Shown piece by piece: positions 56,036-59,527 of a stretch of 59,527 nt of DNA (its first letter is position 1; every line of letters begins with the position of its first letter). The stretch comes from a virus (Duplodnaviria; Caudoviricetes): IMG/VR virus record IMGVR_UViG_3300025276_000036, positions 1 through 59,527 of that record. The stretch is one strand, 5' to 3'. The notes beneath the pieces are model-generated. The model made no database searches. It saw nothing but the letters and a program-made list of their open reading frames with translations, and was not told the origin of the DNA. A program made the translations under genes and the position numbers.

Positions 56036-56251
56036 TTAGCTGTTACCTTTAGCGCTCTTGGCGATGACGATGTTCTGTCTGTCAGATAACTCAGTGCTAA
56101 AGTCGTCGGTTTGGTTTCCGTCGAGCGTTAGGATGTTTCCAGACTCTACGGTCAGACCTGACGTAATCAGTGCGTCGTTGATAGTAGCTCCGTCATTAAG
56201 AACGACTTCGCGTACGGCACCTGGAGCTTGTACAACTTTAATATTCAACAT
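56036..56251 (-). CDS. Ubiquitin-like (beta-grasp, ThiS/MoaD-like) protein
   Basis: IKVVQAPGAVREVVLNDGATINDAL...LTLDG...TELSDRQNIVIAKSAKGNS; 71 aa; near-terminal Gly; first gene of the E2-E1-JAB cluster. Confidence 0.82.
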   Translation of the reverse strand: MLNIKVVQAPGAVREVVLNDGATINDALITSGLTVESGNILTLDGNQTDDFSTELSDRQNIVIAKSAKGNS

Positions 56252-56363
56252 AATGGTATTTCCTATAGTTAGCGTTTCCCGTGATTGGGAGCTGCATTTT
56301 GGGTTTCGCGCGTTGGTTTACGTAGGGCGAGGCGCGACTCACGCTCTACGATTCGACTACAGT

Positions 56364-56380
56364 CATTAGTGTTACTAATA
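56364..56380. promoter_or_regulatory. Operator CATTAGTGTTACTAATA upstream of the Ubl operon
   Basis: Near-consensus palindrome. Confidence 0.65.
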
Positions 56381-56395
56381 GTCTGAATTAAATGT

Positions 56396-56599
56396 TTACT
56401 TCACTGCGCGTAGTACTTCGCTTTTGCGTGTGTTGTTAACCTGGTAGTGCAAGTTACGAACATTGTTATGTAACAATTCTACTTGCGTGTGTAGCCTGCT
56501 TACTTGATTGCACACGTTGATATAACTGTGCCAACACGCAACTGAAACAGCGGTTAACAGTAGTATTACGTAGACGAATTCTTCGGGGCTAAGAGTCAT
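56396..56599 (-). CDS. Small membrane-anchored coiled-coil protein (67 aa)
   Basis: N-terminal TM segment followed by a heptad pattern. Confidence 0.55.
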   Translation of the reverse strand: MTLSPEEFVYVILLLTAVSVACWHSYINVCNQVSRLHTQVELLHNNVRNLHYQVNNTRKSEVLRAVK

Positions 56600-56855
56600 T
56601 ACCTTCTCCTTCTATCCAGAACCAAATGCGTACGCCGCCGTCTATTTGGGTCTGTGTTTGTGGCCGGATGTGGCGGCGCGTGCTGTCTGTTTTTCTATGG
56701 TTGTTTCGTGCACGGACGGTGTTGACAATACTGTTTGCAGCGGAGCGATCGTCGACCAAGAAAGAATCGCCGTTTTCTATATCTTTAATCCACCCATACT
56801 TAGTGTTGTTTTGGCGGCTATTGGGTTGGGGTAAATACCCTTTTTCTAGTTGCAT
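56589..56855 (-). CDS. Small phage DNA-binding-type protein (88 aa)
   Basis: LP......KY.W...E.GDSFLV...GGVRIW pattern; AAGGAG RBS. Confidence 0.65.
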   Translation of the reverse strand: MQLEKGYLPQPNSRQNNTKYGWIKDIENGDSFLVDDRSAANSIVNTVRARNNHRKTDSTRRHIRPQTQTQIDGGVRIWFWIEGEGNDS

Positions 56856-57022
56856 TGGTTTCTCCTTGGGGGTTGGGGTGGGGTTAAAAGTTCTTTTACA
56901 TTTGTTTGATACTCACGCTTCCATTCTTTAAAGCTAAGTGGGATCTCGTTAGCAGTGCAGTTATCCACATAGAAGTCGTAGTGGTCCCATAAGTCAACGT
57001 CGGTGATTTTCATTTTCATCAT
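56846..57022 (-). CDS. Hypothetical protein (58 aa; not in the ORF track)
   Basis: MMKMKITDVDLWDHYDFYV...PLSFKEWKRE; fills the gap. Confidence 0.45.
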   Translation of the reverse strand: MMKMKITDVDLWDHYDFYVDNCTANEIPLSFKEWKREYQTNVKELLTPPQPPRRNQCN

Positions 57023-57181
57023 GTTTACTCGTGGTAAGTTAAAAATTTAGTGGAACGATTACTAGCGGCTTCAGCCATTCATAATCGTGTGACGCTTTAC
57101 CATAACGGCTAGTCTATTGATAGCTCGTCTCCTACGAGTAATTATCTCGCTTCTCATCATGTGGAGCACACTAGAGATCAA

Positions 57182-57526
57182 TTACATCTCTCGTTCTTTC
57201 CAACTTATGTCTGGGCGAATATGGCCCTGACCATTCCAGTGAATCTTACAGCCACACTCCTCAATAATAGGAATGATTGCTTTTAAATTTTCTACGCCTT
57301 CTTTGCTACCATTGAAGCAGAATGTACTACGGTCTTGTTGCTCAGGCGCGTACGTTTCCATTGAGTCGCTACAATCTTGGTGGTGATTGAATAACGCTTT
57401 TGTAAGGTCTATGTCGTGGTGTCTCTGGAGATTATCCCAAGCACATGTCTGACAACATAGTTCAGCCCAACCAACATACCAACCTTCAACAGTTAGACGC
57501 TCTTGTAACTTTCTAAATCCGTTCAT
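57182..57526 (-). CDS. Hypothetical protein with CCQTC motif (114 aa)
   Basis: AGGAGG RBS; ELCCQTCAW, FNHHQD, WNG. Confidence 0.6.
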   Translation of the reverse strand: MNGFRKLQERLTVEGWYVGWAELCCQTCAWDNLQRHHDIDLTKALFNHHQDCSDSMETYAPEQQDRSTFCFNGSKEGVENLKAIIPIIEECGCKIHWNGQGHIRPDISWKEREM

Positions 57527-57777
57527 TTCAATCCTCCTTTATTGTATTTTTTAATCCAGTCTTCCATTGTCTCTGTCGCATAATTAACATAAAACGCAGG
57601 GTTAGCGGCATTAACAGCGGCACGAGCAACGTGGCATGCATCTAATAGTTCTACTGACACGCAATTATCAGAAAGACAAGCGTCTGTTGCACTTCTAGCG
57701 TTATCTTGTATTTCTTTTAAGCTAACCGATGTCGGGTCAGCCAAATATTTTTTTACTAGCGCAACATGCTTATTCAT
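57523..57777 (-). CDS. Hypothetical protein (84 aa)
   Basis: MNKH..LVKK.LADP.SVS..E pattern; coupled ORF. Confidence 0.6.
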   Translation of the reverse strand: MNKHVALVKKYLADPTSVSLKEIQDNARSATDACLSDNCVSVELLDACHVARAAVNAANPAFYVNYATETMEDWIKKYNKGGLK

Positions 57778-58067
57778 TAGAAAGCCTCTCTATCGCCGTT
57801 TTTATGGAGGTGGCTGTATTTTAATCTTTCTCTTATGCGATTTATTTCTTGATGCGATACGCGGTGGCTGTCTTTTAATTTTTGTTTCAGCGTATTTACT
57901 TTTTCTTTAAGCGACGCAATAGTTTGTTTAGCTTCAAGCTCGTCTAGTTTTGACACTAGGACTAACAACTCTTCTATCCTGTTAGCCGCTTGTGCGCTTG
58001 GGCGATAAATACCGCTAGAATTATCGCGTAACCATTTGCAAAGTTCTGCATCATCTTTCATCATCAT
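57777..58067 (-). CDS. Hypothetical coiled-coil protein (96 aa)
   Basis: AGGAG RBS; heptad repeats. Confidence 0.55.
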   Translation of the reverse strand: MMMKDDAELCKWLRDNSSGIYRPSAQAANRIEELLVLVSKLDELEAKQTIASLKEKVNTLKQKLKDSHRVSHQEINRIRERLKYSHLHKNGDREAF

Positions 58068-58101
58068 GACTCTCCTGGTTCAGTTATTAATCCTTAATAG
58101 C

Positions 58102-58359
58102 TCACTGGCTTAGCGCGCCATTGATTGCTGTGCTTAACTGCTCTAGCTGGCGCCGGTTTTTAAAATAGGTTGTGTCAGTAACAGTGTTCGTGCGCTTACG
58201 CGTTTTGCCTGTGTGGCTCGTTTCAGTTTTGCTTGTGTGGCTTGTTTCAGTTGTCACTGATATGGCGCCTTCACTTTCTTCGGCCACGGTTACACGTCGG
58301 TTCCCGTCAACAATCGTGTGTTTGAAGTACGGTTTTATGTTTAGGTCCTTCACCTTCAC
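58102..58359 (-). CDS. Hypothetical protein (85 aa)
   Basis: GTG start after GGAG; internal TETSHT repeat. Confidence 0.55.
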   Translation of the reverse strand: MKVKDLNIKPYFKHTIVDGNRRVTVAEESEGAISVTTETSHTSKTETSHTGKTRKRTNTVTDTTYFKNRRQLEQLSTAINGALSQ

Positions 58360-58682
58360 TCTCCCTTTTTAACAGGTTGCCAGATCTCATCAGGCGAGAT
58401 TGGTCGGGCGCAGTTCCAAGGGTACCCTCTCATCGCCATGTAACCCTTTTCGGTTATTTCAAATACATAATCAGTCCCTCTGTTAAAAGGCTCACCGCCC
58501 GATTCAGGGATAGGTTCATTAGAAACCCAACACAAGACAGGGTTGTCTTTGCTGACATCAGCTTCCCAACTAGGCTCGGGTTTGCAGATTGATTCTATAT
58601 ATTCCGCTACATCCTTCTGCGAAGAATCCCATCCGGTTATGATTTGGTCAGCAGTCATACTGTCAATTATTCTTTTAGTCAT
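58356..58682 (-). CDS. Hypothetical protein (~108 aa)
   Basis: MTKRII start after AGGAG; PVLCWVSN...WNCARP. Confidence 0.55.
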   Translation of the reverse strand: MTKRIIDSMTADQIITGWDSSQKDVAEYIESICKPEPSWEADVSKDNPVLCWVSNEPIPESGGEPFNRGTDYVFEITEKGYMAMRGYPWNCARPISPDEIWQPVKKGE

Positions 58683-58902
58683 TTTGTATCTCCTGCTGTA
58701 TTTCTGCATTTAGCCTTATGCCGTTGGGCGCGAATAAGAGGATTAGGTCTTTTACGCTCAGTGCTAGCATAGACTCTAGATCCCCATTTCCACCTTTTTT
58801 AAATGAAGCACTTTGGATGCTCAGCAGGCTTTCGTAGTAGTTGGCTGTTGTGGGGGAATCACCATTATTCGAGGTAGCGCCTGGTCCTGAAAAACCCATC
58901 AT
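58675..58902 (-). CDS. Hypothetical protein (75 aa)
   Basis: AAGGAG RBS; coupled ORF. Confidence 0.5.
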   Translation of the reverse strand: MMGFSGPGATSNNGDSPTTANYYESLLSIQSASFKKGGNGDLESMLALSVKDLILLFAPNGIRLNAEIQQEIQND

Positions 58903-59165
58903 GCTTCTCCTTCCGCTTCTCGCGCTTTGTTAGCCACGCTTCGTGCTGCGCGTCTTTGTGCGGTAACGATAACTCCTCCAAGTTCAGCCGCGCTTCGTGC
59001 TTCATGCTCCGCGCGTATGTGAGGCGCACACATCTCCCAGTACTCTGACTTAGAGATGTACTTTTCTATAACGGGCTTTAGTGCGAGGACTTGTTGCTCG
59101 GTTAACCGATTTACATTGCGCGGGCTTGAGGGTCCGCCTGTTTTTTGAAATAGAACGCATTTCAT
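58899..59165 (-). CDS. Hypothetical early protein, paralogue A
   Basis: Shares YISKSEYWExCAPHI with the adjacent gene. Confidence 0.55.
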   Translation of the reverse strand: MKCVLFQKTGGPSSPRNVNRLTEQQVLALKPVIEKYISKSEYWEMCAPHIRAEHEARSAAELGGVIVTAQRRAARSVANKAREAEGEA

Positions 59166-59437
59166 TTGCTTGTCTCCGTTTCTCGCGCTTCATAATGCGC
59201 GCGTATGTAATGACCCCCAAGTATGTGAGGCGCACACTCTTCCCAGTACTCTGACTTAGAGATGTACTCTACTTTCTTTAACGCGGCACGTTTGGTTTGG
59301 TACAGCCATTCGGCTTTGTGGTCTTCGACGCGGCATACGTAGCTTATGGCGCCCGTCGGGAGCGTGCCAAAAAGGTGCATCTCATTTCTTGGGCCACTGC
59401 CAGATGGGCTACGGGTTGTGATTCGAAGGCACTTCAT
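59162..59437 (-). CDS. Hypothetical early protein, paralogue B
   Basis: AAGGA RBS; first gene after the right-end promoter. Confidence 0.55.
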   Translation of the reverse strand: MKCLRITTRSPSGSGPRNEMHLFGTLPTGAISYVCRVEDHKAEWLYQTKRAALKKVEYISKSEYWEECAPHILGGHYIRAHYEARETETSK

Positions 59438-59454
59438 AAAATATTCCTTATTTA

Positions 59455-59497
59455 TATTAAGTTTACTAATAATATTATGATTACTAATAATTTACAA
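59455..59497 (-). promoter_or_regulatory. Early promoter TTGTAA-N17-TATTAT with two operators
   Basis: -35 at 59492-59497 and -10 at 59469-59474 on the - strand; operators at 59455-59471 and 59473-59489. Confidence 0.6.
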
Positions 59498-59527
59498 GCT
59501 TATTTATATGTTTTTTACTAATTAGGC

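Overview
The window looks like an essentially complete ~59.5 kb temperate tailed-phage genome with podovirus-type architecture. The host is probably a gammaproteobacterium, inferred from the CsrA homologue, IHF-consensus sites and a tRNA-Asp-type attP. The + strand (1.9-38.4 kb) carries an HNH-like nuclease, TerS/TerL, P22-like portal, scaffold, N4-gp56-like major capsid protein, head-tail and tail proteins decorated with Ig-like and beta-propeller domains, internal virion proteins, a lysis cassette, a SET-domain gene, attP and a tyrosine integrase. The - strand (38.4-59.5 kb and 0.25-1.7 kb) carries Xis-like and CI-like regulators, the replication module (SNF2-type helicase, PD-(D/E)XK nuclease, primase-helicase, PolA), CsrA and many small early genes. 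The most striking element is a complete phage-encoded ubiquitin-like conjugation operon (Ubl, E2-like, E1/ThiF, JAB/JAMM protease; 52524-56251). Other notable signals are two covarying H-type RNA pseudoknots (39995-40144), about 16 copies of a 17-bp palindromic operator (TATTAG-N5-CTAATA) near promoters genome-wide, a structured leader before the capsid gene, two tail genes apparently split around inserted domains, and an iteron-like repeat cluster at 41-234. All family assignments are by eye from motifs and synteny; no database searches were run.
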